This document shows, in pieces, positions 1 through 10,248 of a stretch of 32,000 bases of DNA. The translations under genes were made by a program, and so were the position numbers. How positions within the stretch are numbered: the first letter of the stretch is position 1; each line of letters starts with the position of its first letter. The DNA comes from Candidatus Saccharimonadota bacterium (GTDB taxonomy: Bacteria > Pseudomonadota > Gammaproteobacteria > Enterobacterales > Enterobacteriaceae): the NCBI RefSeq assembly GCF_000185985.2, contig NC_014909.2:570001-602000 (forward strand), given 5' to 3'. The notes under the pieces are model-generated. The model was not told the DNA's origin. It made no database searches and worked only from the letters and a program-made list of their open reading frames with translations.

Positions 1-707
1 GTAGAATCATATCTCTCCAATTTAGTTGCTTCCATTACATTATCTTGAGTCAGAGAAGAATGTAAATAAATAACATGCGGCATGACAGTCGCTCCTAATA
101 CCCCAGCAGATAAAAAAACTGCTTCTTTATTAGGTAACACAGGAAACAACATACCCATACCTAATCCAATTAATTCAGGCTTAGAATAAAATAACTCAAT
201 ACAATATGCACCCGCTACAAATAATAATAAACTACCTACAATTAATTCTAAAGGCTTCTTACCATAATTTTGTAAAGTTAAAATCAAAAAAGTAGCTACA
301 CCAGTCAATAATGCTCCTTTAAATAAAGAAATTCCTAATAATATTTGAAATCCAATAGCAGCTCCTATAAATTCCGCTAAATCTGTTGCCATAGCAATTA
401 CCTCCGCTTGCACCCAATACATCCATACTATAGACTTAGGAAATTGATCTCGAATATGTTCTGCTAAATTTTTTCCGGTGGCAATACCCAATTTTGCAGA
501 AAGCAATTGAATTAACATAGCCATCACATTAGCCCATACCACTACCCATAATAATTTATAACCAAAAGTAGCTCCAGCTTGAATATTAGTGGCATAATTT
601 CCAGGATCAATATAACCTATTGCTGCTATAAAAGCTGGTCCAAGCAATGTAAGTTTTATTTTTCTTTTAGCATGATTGCTTTCTACATTAGATTGAGTTC
701 TCAACAT
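1..707 (-). CDS. mntH: Divalent metal (Mn2+/Fe2+) transporter MntH, NRAMP family; N-terminal part only, 3' end runs off the left edge
   Basis: Minus-strand frame is open from the ATG at 707-705 to the window edge, so it has no stop and is absent from the ORF track. Translation [87 protein letters not shown]... is collinear with the E. coli MntH N-terminus, including GYIDPGN and [21 protein letters not shown]. Confidence 0.93.
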   Translation of the reverse strand, partial: MLRTQSNVESNHAKRKIKLTLLGPAFIAAIGYIDPGNYATNIQAGATFGYKLLWVVVWANVMAMLIQLLSAKLGIATGKNLAEHIRDQFPKSIVWMYWVQAEVIAMATDLAEFIGAAIGFQILLGISLFKGALLTGVATFLILTLQNYGKKPLELIVGSLLLFVAGAYCIELFYSKPELIGLGMGMLFPVLPNKEAVFLSAGVLGATVMPHVIYLHSSLTQDNVMEATKLERYDS

Positions 708-2024
708 TCAACCTCTCTATTAATAATATAATTTGATCAACTTCATATTACATACTAACTTTAATAAATCAGTACTATAACAAATTACTATTTTTCAAAA
801 TACATATGATTATATCATAGGCTAATTTTTATAAATCATTTAAATACATTATTACTCTTATCCTTTAATTTATACATTTATATCGAATATTCAAATATAC
901 AAAAAATAACATATCATGGTAATATATTTTAATTTCAGATTAGATTTATCACTCATTTCAATATTTTGAATAAATAAAAATTTAAATATATTTAATATCA
1001 CTTTTAAATTCTAACAACAAAAATTTTTATAAAATATTTTATTGTATATACCTAAATTATATTTAAATTCATATAAAAATTTCCATTATCTGAATAATAT
1101 TATTTTACATATTAAGAAATACATCTGTTTTTTAAAAATACATATACAAAACATTTATATTCCTTACTAAGGATGTATACTTATTATTTTATTGCTACAC
1201 TTACTAAAATTTCAATTTTTTATAAACGAATAATGTATCTTTATTACCACAAAGAATAAATATTATTTTATTTATATCAGTAACATTCAAAAAATTAAAA
1301 TCTTTTAATATAAATAAATTATTAATTTTAAAATTAATCTAAAAATTTACAACATTAAACAAATAAACACTATTAAATATCTCTAATATTTACTATATAT
1401 CGTTACTTCTATAACTACATCCCTATATTTTACGCTATTATTTATAAATATATAAATAATATTATATCCATAACATGTTGTAATGATACTAATACCAGGC
1501 ATATAGAATATTTTTGTTCATTACAATATTCCTCTTACCTAATCTTATGTATTATTTAATCAGAAATAAAATTGAGCATATATCTTATTTGCCTATAATA
1601 AAAATAATTTTTAATTATAAAACATGTTATAATAAAATTTAAATATCTATTATTATCGCTGTAATTTTTTAAAAAAGATACTGACTTACCTATAATTTTA
1701 TTTTGTTATTAAAATATTATACAAAATTTACTTTCAAAAAATTCGAACAATACTTCTATTGATTAGTTTTAATATCAATATACCACTGAAGTATTTTATT
1801 AAAAATAAACAACAACATTATAAAAATTAAATTCAATTCTACTAAATTTAGATTATAACAACTTATAAAATAACAAATATTTATTATTTTTTTACTTAAA
1901 AAATCTATAACTTTTATTATTTATATATATTATTCTTTATTTCTAACACATTGACATTATAACTGATATTACTTCAGAATTGCACAAAAACATTTGATAT
2001 GATATTACAAGATCAACTAATATT

Positions 2025-2054
2025 AATATATTAATTCATATGAATTAATATATT
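2025..2054. repeat. Perfect 30-bp palindrome AATATATTAATTCATATGAATTAATATATT (15-bp arms, no spacer) inside the mntH-gltX gene desert
   Basis: Checked base by base: positions i and 4079-i are complementary for all 15 pairs from 2039/2040 out to 2025/2054. The next pair, 2024/2055, mismatches. Confidence 0.95.
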
Positions 2055-2513
2055 CCAATTATAATATGAAATTAAGTATTGTCATCCTTTTTTTATAGAA
2101 CCAAAACAAATAACACATTGCATTTCTCTATACTATACTTTGATGTTTATACACTTATTCTTAATAATACACTGTAATATACATGTTTATATATAAACAA
2201 TATAAATCTAATATCTAAGCAACACATTAACTTTTTATCTATTACAAAACACTCTACTTAAATCTATTAATTATGTTGCAGTATAATCCTTCCTTTCAAA
2301 AATATTAAATCATTATTTACTTTATTATTCTAAACATAGTATTGACATCACATAGTATCGATTTTTATATATAAATTATTTTTCATGCACACTAATATTC
2401 ATTTTAATACATATATATATTTTGTATAATATTTTTTACTTTAAATATAAAATATAGTATTTTTTAATCAAATTCGTCTGATCATGTAGTTAGAATAATC
2501 AAATTAAAAACAA

Positions 2514-3956
2514 TCATTTATTTATATAAGCCTCTGCCTGCTTCAATCGATATAATGCTTGATATTTTCCAAGAAAATATATAATAGTGCTAAGCTCAGG
2601 TGAATTACTAGATCCAATTAAAGCAATTCGCAAAGGCATTCCTATTATGCTGATATCCATACGTAATTCGTAAATAGTTTCTTTAATTGCTAATTTAATC
2701 AAACTTATTGTCCAAGTACTGATAGCATTTAATTTTTTTATTAAAATTTTTAATATAGGTAAAATAATAGGCGTTAAAAATTTATCCGCAATCGTTGGAT
2801 TATCAAAAATATTAAACTCTCTATGTATAGACAAAAAATTCAATACCATTTCTCGTAAGGTATTAGAACGTTTTGATAATAATTGTACCACATCAAATAA
2901 TTTTGGTTTAATAGATTCGGCATCTATATTCTGTTCCTCCATATACTGTAATAAATATTTAGCAACATACTCAACTGGCAAATTATTTATATAATAGTTA
3001 TTCAACCAGAGTAATCTTTTAAAATCAAACACACTAGCAGATCTACTAACTTTATTAAAACTAAAATACTTTTTCATTTGCTCTACACTAAAAATTTCTT
3101 GATTACCATAAGACCATCCTAATCTAACTAAATAATTTAATATTGCTTCAGGTAAAAATCCACCATCTTTATATGTAATCATCCCTACTTGACCATGTCG
3201 TTTAGATAATTTTTGTCGATTACCATCTAAAATTATTGGTACATGCACATATTGGGGTATTGTAGCATTTAACGATTTTAAAATATTTATTTGTCGTGGA
3301 GTATTATTAATATGTTCTTCTCCTCGTATAACATGAGTAATCTTCATATCCATATCATCTATTACAACACAAAAATTATATGTAGGTACTCCATTCGTTC
3401 TGCAAATAATTACATCATCTAACTCTGTATTATCAACTGTAATCATTCCTCGAATGTGATCGTAAAATGTCACTTTTCCAGATAATGGATTAGCAAACCG
3501 TACTACATAAGGATTACTTTTATTATTAGTGCAATCATTATTACTATTACTAATGGCACCCATATGATTTTTCATACGACAATAACCATCATACTTAGGT
3601 TTCTGACCATCCTTCATTTGCTTTAATCGAAGCATCTTTAATCGATCTAAAGAACAATAACATTTATAAGCTATATTATATTTTAACATATCATTTATTA
3701 TATAATCATATCGATTCAATCTATCAGATTGAAAATAAGGACCTTCATCCCAATCTAAATGTAACCACCGCATTATAGCAAAAATATTTGCAATGTAATT
3801 GTCAGTAGTAGTATTGCTAAAATTAGTATTTTCAATACGCAATATAAATTTTCCCTTTTGCTGCTTAGAAAATAACCAAGCATACAAAGCAGTTCGAATA
3901 TTTCCAATATGTAATTCACCTGTCGGACTAGGTGCAAATCGAGTTCTAATGGTCAT
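2514..3956 (-). CDS. gltX: Glutamyl-tRNA synthetase
   Basis: ORF 2514..3968. [29 protein letters not shown] aligns with E. coli GltX [29 protein letters not shown], so the ATG at 3956 is preferred over the ATG at 3968. The KLSKR (KMSKS-type) motif is present. It lies divergent from a tRNA-Val/Lys pair, as in E. coli. Confidence 0.95.
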   Translation of the reverse strand: [480 protein letters not shown]

Positions 3957-4048
3957 AGTAAACAACATCCAGTTATATTAATTCAAAATATAAATAATAT
4001 ATAATGTATTATATCTGTAATTAATTAAAAAATTTTTTATAAAAACAT

Positions 4049-4079
4049 TTGACTCTACATCACAAATTCATTATATAAT
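4049..4079 (+). promoter_or_regulatory. Candidate sigma70 promoter for the tRNA-Val/tRNA-Lys pair
   Basis: TTGACT at 4049-4054, then TATATAAT at 4072-4079. This gives a 17-bp spacer to TATATA or 19 bp to TATAAT, ending about 16 nt before the tRNA-Val 5' end, with an A/T tract upstream. -10-like hexamers are common in AT-rich DNA, so support is modest. Confidence 0.4.
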
Positions 4080-4094
4080 CATAATTCAAAAAAC

Positions 4095-4166
4095 AGGTGA
4101 TTAGCTCAGTGGTAGAGTATCTCCCTTACAAGGAGAGGGCCGGCGGTTCAAATCCGCCATCACCTA
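4095..4166 (+). tRNA. valU: tRNA-Val (anticodon UAC)
   Basis: Cloverleaf folded by hand. Acceptor AGGTGAT/ATCACCT. D arm GCTC..GAGT. Anticodon stem TCTCC/GGAGA with loop CTTACAA. T arm GGCGG-TTCAAAT-CCGCC. Discriminator A, no encoded CCA. Near-identical to E. coli tRNA-Val(UAC). Confidence 0.95.
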
Positions 4167-4234
4167 ATTATTTTTATATTACTCATAAATTATTTTATGT
4201 TTTAATTCATCGTATATACTTTAATATTACTCTA

Positions 4235-4307
4235 GGGTCGTTAGCTCAGTCGGTAGAGCAGTTGACTTTTAATCAATTGGTCACAGGTTCGAATCCTGTA
4301 CGACCCA
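4235..4307 (+). tRNA. lysV: tRNA-Lys (anticodon UUU)
   Basis: Acceptor GGGTCGT/ACGACCC. D arm GCTC-AGTCGGTA-GAGC. Anticodon stem GTTGA/TCAAT with loop CTTTTAA. T arm ACAGG-TTCGAAT-CCTGT. Discriminator A, no encoded CCA. Confidence 0.95.
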
Positions 4308-4445
4308 GATTCTTTTCATAACAAATTAAGTTTTTTACTAATCTACCTAATCACAAAAATACTTAATCAAAAAATTTAATTTTTACATTGCTAATATCTA
4401 TAATTTAATAATTTTACCCATTTTATATAAACAAAATAATACAAA
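4308..4445 (-). pseudogene. Possible decayed remnant of the ligA BRCT-domain coding region, in frame directly after the ligA stop
   Basis: Continuing the ligA frame past TAG (4448-4446) gives FVLFCLYKMGKIIKL*ILAM*KLNFLIKYFCD*VD**KT*FV. GKIIKL (4418-4401) sits 14 residues after the conserved Trp, against 16 in E. coli LigA (HWPAP...FAGKTVVLTG). KT.FV resembles the BRCT motif KKTDLV. The matches are short. Confidence 0.3.
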
Positions 4446-6242
4446 CTAATTATTTAAAATCCATCTAATCCCAATATCAGGATTGATTAAATCTTTAATA
4501 TTTTTTAAATTTATTGGATCCTTAAAAAAAGAATATATTGTGAAAGCTATAGAATCTCCTACATATTGTAACGTTGATAAAGATTGGAAATCAGCAGATA
4601 TTAATTTCTCAATAGTTTTATATTTAACAGCCAAACTATTAGCTACCGATTCTCCAACATTAGGAATACCCAACGCATATATAAAATTAGCTAAGGTAGT
4701 GTGTTTTGCTAAATCAATAGATCGTAATAATTTCTCCACAGATTTTACTCCATATCCATCTAAATTAAATAATAAATTTTCCCTATTTAAATAAAAAAAA
4801 TCCACTGGAGAAAATACTAGATTTTTATCAACTAATTGATTAATAACTTTTTCCCCCATCCCATGAATATTCATAGCTTTTCGAGACACAAAATGCTTCA
4901 ACATTGATTTACGTTGAGCTAAACATATTAATTTAGCGGGACAACGCAATACAGAAGATCTACAATTAGATGTAATAAGTAAAGTACCACACACCGGACA
5001 AAATTGAGGCAATGTTATAACTTTCATATCATTCGTACGTTTCGATAAAATTACTTTCACAATTTTAGGAATCACATCCCCTGACCTTTGCACAAGAACC
5101 GTGTCACCAAACATTAAATTAAATCGTCTAATTTCATTAACGTTATGCATACTTACTTTCTTAATAACAACATTATTAATGACTATAGGCTTAATATAAA
5201 CTATAGGAGTAATTAAACCTGTACGACCAACCTTAAATATTATATCATTTAACTGAGTTAATTTTGATTCTGCAGGAAATTTATATGCAATAGCCCAATG
5301 TGGCGCCCTTGTTCCATAACCTAATTTTTTTTGAAATACACAATTATCCACCTTTACAACTATTCCATCAATATCATACTTTAAATTAGACCGTATATAC
5401 GTTATGTGATCGTAATACTTAAGCACTTTATCAACTCCATTGACTAATTGAATATGATCATTAATTGGTATACCTAACTTTAAACATAATTGTAGCCGAT
5501 CCCAATGACTATTCGGTAATTCATCAGCTCCAACATAATAACTAATCCCATAGCAATAAAACATTAAAGACCTAGATGCAGTAATATTTGGATTTAATTG
5601 CCGTAATGAACCAGATGCTGCATTTCTTGCATTAGAAAAAGGTTTATTTCCAGATTTTAATATTTTCTGATTCAGTTTTAAAAAACACAATTTAGATATA
5701 AATATTTCTCCTCTAATTTCTAGTAAATACGGCAACTGCATACCATCATTTTTTCTTAAACATTCAGGTATTGATGAAACTACACGAACATTTTTAGTAA
5801 CATCTTCCCCAATTTTTCCATCTCCTCTCGTAGCAGCTTTCAATAATTTACCCGATTTATACAACAAACTAATTGCAACTCCATCTATTTTTAATTCACA
5901 ACAATAAATAATAGATTTATTCTGATTATTATCTCGTAATTTATACTCTATACGATCATTAAATAATAATAATTGAGATTTATTCATAACACTATTTAAA
6001 GATAACATTGGTGCTCTATGATATACTTGACGAAAATTATTTTCTAATATCTTACCAAGAAATTTAGTAGGAGAGTTTTCTGTAATTAAACACGGATATT
6101 CAAATTCTAATTGACGTAATTCTTGTAAAGTTTTATCATATTCTTCGTCAGATGTTTCAGATTCATTTTTTAAATAATACGCATATTCCCATTGACGTAA
6201 TTTTTTTATTAATTTTTTTATTCTTTTTTCAATAATCTTCAT
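4446..6242 (-). CDS. ligA: NAD+-dependent DNA ligase, C-terminally shortened (no BRCT domain)
   Basis: 598 aa. Adenylation motif CELKIDGVAISLLY, Zn finger CPVCGTLLITSNCRSSVLRCPAKLIC and HhH region (FIYALGIPNVGESVA) are present. The protein ends at ...IGIRWILNN, which aligns with E. coli ...EGVHWPAP just before the BRCT domain (E. coli LigA is 671 aa). Confidence 0.95.
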   Translation of the reverse strand: MKIIEKRIKKLIKKLRQWEYAYYLKNESETSDEEYDKTLQELRQLEFEYPCLITENSPTKFLGKILENNFRQVYHRAPMLSLNSVMNKSQLLLFNDRIEYKLRDNNQNKSIIYCCELKIDGVAISLLYKSGKLLKAATRGDGKIGEDVTKNVRVVSSIPECLRKNDGMQLPYLLEIRGEIFISKLCFLKLNQKILKSGNKPFSNARNAASGSLRQLNPNITASRSLMFYCYGISYYVGADELPNSHWDRLQLCLKLGIPINDHIQLVNGVDKVLKYYDHITYIRSNLKYDIDGIVVKVDNCVFQKKLGYGTRAPHWAIAYKFPAESKLTQLNDIIFKVGRTGLITPIVYIKPIVINNVVIKKVSMHNVNEIRRFNLMFGDTVLVQRSGDVIPKIVKVILSKRTNDMKVITLPQFCPVCGTLLITSNCRSSVLRCPAKLICLAQRKSMLKHFVSRKAMNIHGMGEKVINQLVDKNLVFSPVDFFYLNRENLLFNLDGYGVKSVEKLLRSIDLAKHTTLANFIYALGIPNVGESVANSLAVKYKTIEKLISADFQSLSTLQYVGDSIAFTIYSFFKDPINLKNIKDLINPDIGIRWILNN

Positions 6243-6556
6243 GATATCAATATCCGATAAAACATTTATTTAAAACACCATAATACATAATGACTAATAA
6301 ATAACTTTCATTGAAATATCAAAAATTTATACAATTATAAATAGTATCTATAATGTTTACACTATATTATTACTTTCTTGCAATAAAGAACAAAATTAAA
6401 CAAAATTTAATATATTTACAAATCATAATATATCGCACATACTATAGTGTATAATCAGACCTATTTATATGTAAAAGTTAATATATAAATCCAACTAAAA
6501 TATACCCCAATAAATTTTTTTGCCTTATTATATATTAAAAAGGAGTATACACATTT

Positions 6557-7501
6557 ATGAACAAAATTTATCAAGACAATTCTTATACTATTGGCAATAC
6601 TCCATTAGTACGTCTTAACCATATTGGCAATAATTATATTTTAGCTAAAATTGAGTCTAGAAATCCAAGTTTTAGTGTTAAATGTAGAATAGGATCCAAC
6701 ATGATTTGGGATGCGGAGAAAAAAAAATTATTAAATCCTGATGTAGTTATAGTAGAAGCAACAAGTGGTAATACCGGTATAGCCTTATCGTATGTAGCAG
6801 CTGCTAGAAACTATAAGTTAATTTTAACTATGCCAGATACTATGAGTATCGAACGTAGAAAATTGATAACAGCATTAGGATCAAAAATAATTTTAACCGC
6901 TGGAAATCTTGGAATGAAAGGAGCTATTGCTAAAGCAAATGAAATTGTTTCTAAAAATCCTAAAAAATATTTATTGTTACAACAATTTGATAATCCGGCT
7001 AACCCTGAAATTCATGAAAAAACTACAGGTCCAGAAATCTGGAATGACACAAATGGTGAAATAGATATATTCGTCTCTGGAGTTGGAACTGGAGGTACTA
7101 TCACAGGTGTTGGTAGATTTCTAAAACGTGTACAAAATAAAAAAATTTTTATAGTAGCAGTAGAACCAAAACAATCTCCAATAATCACTCAAAAATTATC
7201 TGGAAAACCAATAAAACCAGCACCCCATAAAATTCAAGGCATTGGAGCGGGATTTATTCCTTCAAATTTAGATTTAAATATAATTGATCATGTAGAAACA
7301 GTAGATTCAGATGACGCAATTAATTGCGCCAAATTTTTAATGAAAAAAGAAGGAATTTTATCAGGAATATCTTCAGGAGCAGCACTAACAGCAGCAATAC
7401 AATTACAAAAACAAAAAAAATATATGAACAAAAATATCGTAATTATTTTACCATCATCCGGAGAAAGATATATAAGCACCACTTTGTTTTCTGAGCTATG
7501 A
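6557..7501 (+). CDS. cysK: Cysteine synthase A (O-acetylserine sulfhydrylase)
   Basis: 314 aa, collinear with E. coli CysK ([21 protein letters not shown].. vs [21 protein letters not shown]..; SFSVKCRIG; TSGNTGIAL; GVGTGGT). AGGAG at 6541-6545 lies upstream of the ATG. Confidence 0.96.
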   Translation: MNKIYQDNSYTIGNTPLVRLNHIGNNYILAKIESRNPSFSVKCRIGSNMIWDAEKKKLLNPDVVIVEATSGNTGIALSYVAAARNYKLILTMPDTMSIERRKLITALGSKIILTAGNLGMKGAIAKANEIVSKNPKKYLLLQQFDNPANPEIHEKTTGPEIWNDTNGEIDIFVSGVGTGGTITGVGRFLKRVQNKKIFIVAVEPKQSPIITQKLSGKPIKPAPHKIQGIGAGFIPSNLDLNIIDHVETVDSDDAINCAKFLMKKEGILSGISSGAALTAAIQLQKQKKYMNKNIVIILPSSGERYISTTLFSEL

Positions 7502-7536
7502 AAGCATATTTTTACAAATATATATAATGCTTGTTC

Positions 7537-7550
7537 TTCTTCATGAAGAA
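7537..7550 (+). terminator. Weak candidate hairpin downstream of cysK
   Basis: 14-bp perfect palindrome TTCTTCATGAAGAA, 36 nt after the cysK stop, followed by TTAATTTATA. The stem is short and AT-rich, so support is weak. Confidence 0.25.
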
Positions 7551-7872
7551 TTAATTTATAGCAATGTTCTTATTTTTACTTTTCGTAAAAATATTGTGCA
7601 TTTTATTTATTATAAACCCCCAAAAAACATTGAATTAATTACATTATATAATAAAATATAAACTTCTTTAAAATCAAAAAATTAAATAAAATATATTTAA
7701 AATTGTTTACTAAAATCTATCTTTATAAGAATGAAATTATTCATATAACAAAATAAAACTGCATTAGTATATAAAAGTATATTAATTTAAAAAAATAATG
7801 ATTTAAATCCTTACATAATTAAGCAATTAAACCGAAATTATATTAATTAATAATACAAAGATGGAGAAAAAA

Positions 7873-8130
7873 ATGTTTCAAAAAGAAATCACAATTACTG
7901 CAGTTAACGGATTACATACTCGTCCTGCTACAGCTTTAGTAAAAGAAGCAAAAAATTTTAGTTCTGATATTACAATTATCTCCAATGGAAAACAAGCAAA
8001 TGCAAAAAGTTTATTTAAATTACAAACTCTAGGTTTAAGTAAAGGCTCTATAATTACTATTTCTGCTCAAGGAAAAGATGAAAAACAAGCAGTACAACAT
8101 TTAACTACATTAATTGAAAATCTAAAATAG
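7873..8130 (+). CDS. ptsH: Phosphocarrier protein HPr
   Basis: [29 protein letters not shown].. aligns from residue 1 with E. coli HPr ([29 protein letters not shown]), with the active-site His in GLHTRPA. The ORF-track start at 7861 adds MEKK, and its GGAG (7863-7866) serves better as the RBS for the ATG at 7873. Confidence 0.93.
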   Translation: MFQKEITITAVNGLHTRPATALVKEAKNFSSDITIISNGKQANAKSLFKLQTLGLSKGSIITISAQGKDEKQAVQHLTTLIENLK

Positions 8131-8178
8131 TAATCTTATATGAACAATAAATTAATTTATAATGTCAATACAAACAAA

Positions 8179-9903
8179 ATGATGATTTCAGGAATTTCAG
8201 TCTCTCCCGGAATTGTTTCTGGAAAAGCATTATTATTAAAAGAAGAAAAAATCATTATTAATACAAAAAAAATTGCTGCATCTTCTATTACAACAGAAAT
8301 TCATAAATTTCTTTCTGCTCGTTCTAAAACTATTGAACAATTAAAACAAATAAAACAAAAAGTAAAAAAAGGATTAGAATCTAAACAAGAAACTATTTTC
8401 GAGGGACATATTTTACTATTAGAAGATACAGAACTAGAACAAGATATCGTAACACTCATAAAAGAAGAACTATTTAGTGCCGATTCTGCAGTACATTCTG
8501 TTATTGAAACTCAAGCAAAAGCTTTAGAAAAATTAGAAGATGAATACTTAAAAGAACGAGCAATTGACGTACGTGATATTGGTAATCGTCTGCTAAAAAA
8601 TATTCTAAACATACCAATTATCGATCTGAATACTATTACCGAAGAAGTTATTATTATTGCAGTAGATTTAAGTCCATCAGAAACTGCTCAATTAAACTTA
8701 ACAAAAGTACTAGGATTTATTACTGATGTAGGAGGAAAAACATCTCATACTGCTATTATGGCTCGTTCTTTAGAATTACCTGCAATTATAGGAACAAGCA
8801 TCGCAACCAAACAAATTGCTAATGGAGATTATATTATTCTAGACGCTTTAAATAATAAAATCTATATTAATCCGGATACAAATATAATTAATACTATAAA
8901 TATAATAAATCAAAAACATATTGCTGACAAATACGAACTAAAAAAATTAAAATACCTACCATCCACCACTATAGACGGACATCACGTCCGTATATGTGCT
9001 AATATCGGCACTATGCATGATATTGTAAAAGCTCAAGAAAACGGAGCTGAAGGAGTAGGATTATATAGAACTGAATTTTTATTTATGAATCGTAATGAAT
9101 TACCTACCGAAGAGGAACAATTTCAAGCTTATAAAAATGCAGCTGAATATATGTCTAATAAATCTATCATCATACGAATTATGGATATTGGAGGAGATAA
9201 AAACTTACCTTATATGAATCTTCCTTATGAAGAAAATCCATTTCTTGGATGGAGAGCAATCAGAATTATGATAGACAAAAAAGATATGTTGCATACTCAA
9301 TTAAGAGCAATACTGAGAGCGTCTTTTTTTGGTAAATTACTAATTATGTACCCTATGATTATTTCAGTAGAAGAAATACAACAATTAAATATAGAACTAA
9401 ACTTATTAAAAACTCAATTACGCAATGAAAGAAAAAAATTTGATGAAAATATCAAAGTAGGAATTATGATAGAAACTCCTGCTTCAGCAATAATTGCACA
9501 CCATCTCATAAAAGAAGTAGATTTTTTTAGTATAGGTACTAATGATTTAACTCAATATACTCTTGCTGTAGATCGAGGAAATAAATTAATTTCTCATCTA
9601 TATAATCCCATATCTCCATCTATTTTAATTTTAATAAACAAAGTCATTGAAGCATCGCATGCTGCAGGAAAATGGACTGCTATGTGCGGAGAAATGGCAG
9701 GAGATGAACTCGCTATCCCATTGTTATTAGGCATGGGATTAGATGAATTCAGTATGAGTTCTACATCTATCCTGCAAATAAAAAAAATTATACGTAATAC
9801 ACACTATAAAGATGCTAAAAAACTAGCTCAAAAAGCATTAAATTACTCCACCACTGAATCTTTAATGCAATTATTAAAAAACAAAAAAAAACAACACATA
9901 TAA
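8179..9903 (+). CDS. ptsI: PTS enzyme I (phosphoenolpyruvate-protein phosphotransferase)
   Basis: Collinear with E. coli PtsI over the full length ([56 protein letters not shown]). E. coli starts MISGI, so the ATG at 8179 or 8182 ([11 protein letters not shown]) is preferred to the ORF-track start at 8140. The exact start is unresolved. Confidence 0.93.
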   Translation: MMISGISVSPGIVSGKALLLKEEKIIINTKKIAASSITTEIHKFLSARSKTIEQLKQIKQKVKKGLESKQETIFEGHILLLEDTELEQDIVTLIKEELFSADSAVHSVIETQAKALEKLEDEYLKERAIDVRDIGNRLLKNILNIPIIDLNTITEEVIIIAVDLSPSETAQLNLTKVLGFITDVGGKTSHTAIMARSLELPAIIGTSIATKQIANGDYIILDALNNKIYINPDTNIINTINIINQKHIADKYELKKLKYLPSTTIDGHHVRICANIGTMHDIVKAQENGAEGVGLYRTEFLFMNRNELPTEEEQFQAYKNAAEYMSNKSIIIRIMDIGGDKNLPYMNLPYEENPFLGWRAIRIMIDKKDMLHTQLRAILRASFFGKLLIMYPMIISVEEIQQLNIELNLLKTQLRNERKKFDENIKVGIMIETPASAIIAHHLIKEVDFFSIGTNDLTQYTLAVDRGNKLISHLYNPISPSILILINKVIEASHAAGKWTAMCGEMAGDELAIPLLLGMGLDEFSMSSTSILQIKKIIRNTHYKDAKKLAQKALNYSTTESLMQLLKNKKKQHI

Positions 9904-10248
9904 TTAAACCTTAAACATGGTACCAAATATTACAAATTTATATAACCTACCCAAATCAAAAACCTATCTAGTTGATTTGTAAAATAAAAAACAACTATTC
10001 CTAAAATCTACATAACACTTATGCAATATTAAGTGAATTGCCATATTACATATAATATAAATATATTCAATATCCACAATATATAAATCATTGAATAATA
10101 TCAATAGTGCTCTCAATAAATCACAAGCATAAAAAACTTATCTGACATTTTTTATATATATATATCACATATAAAAACATCATAATAATCACACATCTAC
10201 ACATAATAATACTTATTAAATTTATTAAAAACAAATTATCATAGGCTA

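Noticed and set aside
1972-2250. Attempt to read a NupC relic (LQNCTKTFDMILQDQL vs ..SNEFVAMMDLQKI..) in the gene desert
   Set aside because: Only M.LQ matched. Extending the same frame against the NupC C-terminus gave no further agreement, so it is indistinguishable from noise.
3799-3981. 60-aa plus-strand ORF, grouped with the other short antisense ORFs: 4483..4794, 7288..7482, 15954..16247, 17520..17711, 18066..18257 and 25966..26184
   Set aside because: All lie antisense within strongly conserved genes (gltX, ligA, cysK, tkt, dapE, ureC). They have no recognisable homology or start context and are typical shadow ORFs.
4097-4321. 74-aa plus-strand ORF in the supplied track
   Set aside because: It is a read-through of the tRNA-Val and tRNA-Lys genes. 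Both fold into canonical cloverleaves, so it is not a protein gene.
9904-10248. Search for crr or cysM remnants downstream of ptsI and cysA
   Set aside because: No conserved Crr or CysM motif is recognisable in any frame by eye, so no relic is claimed.
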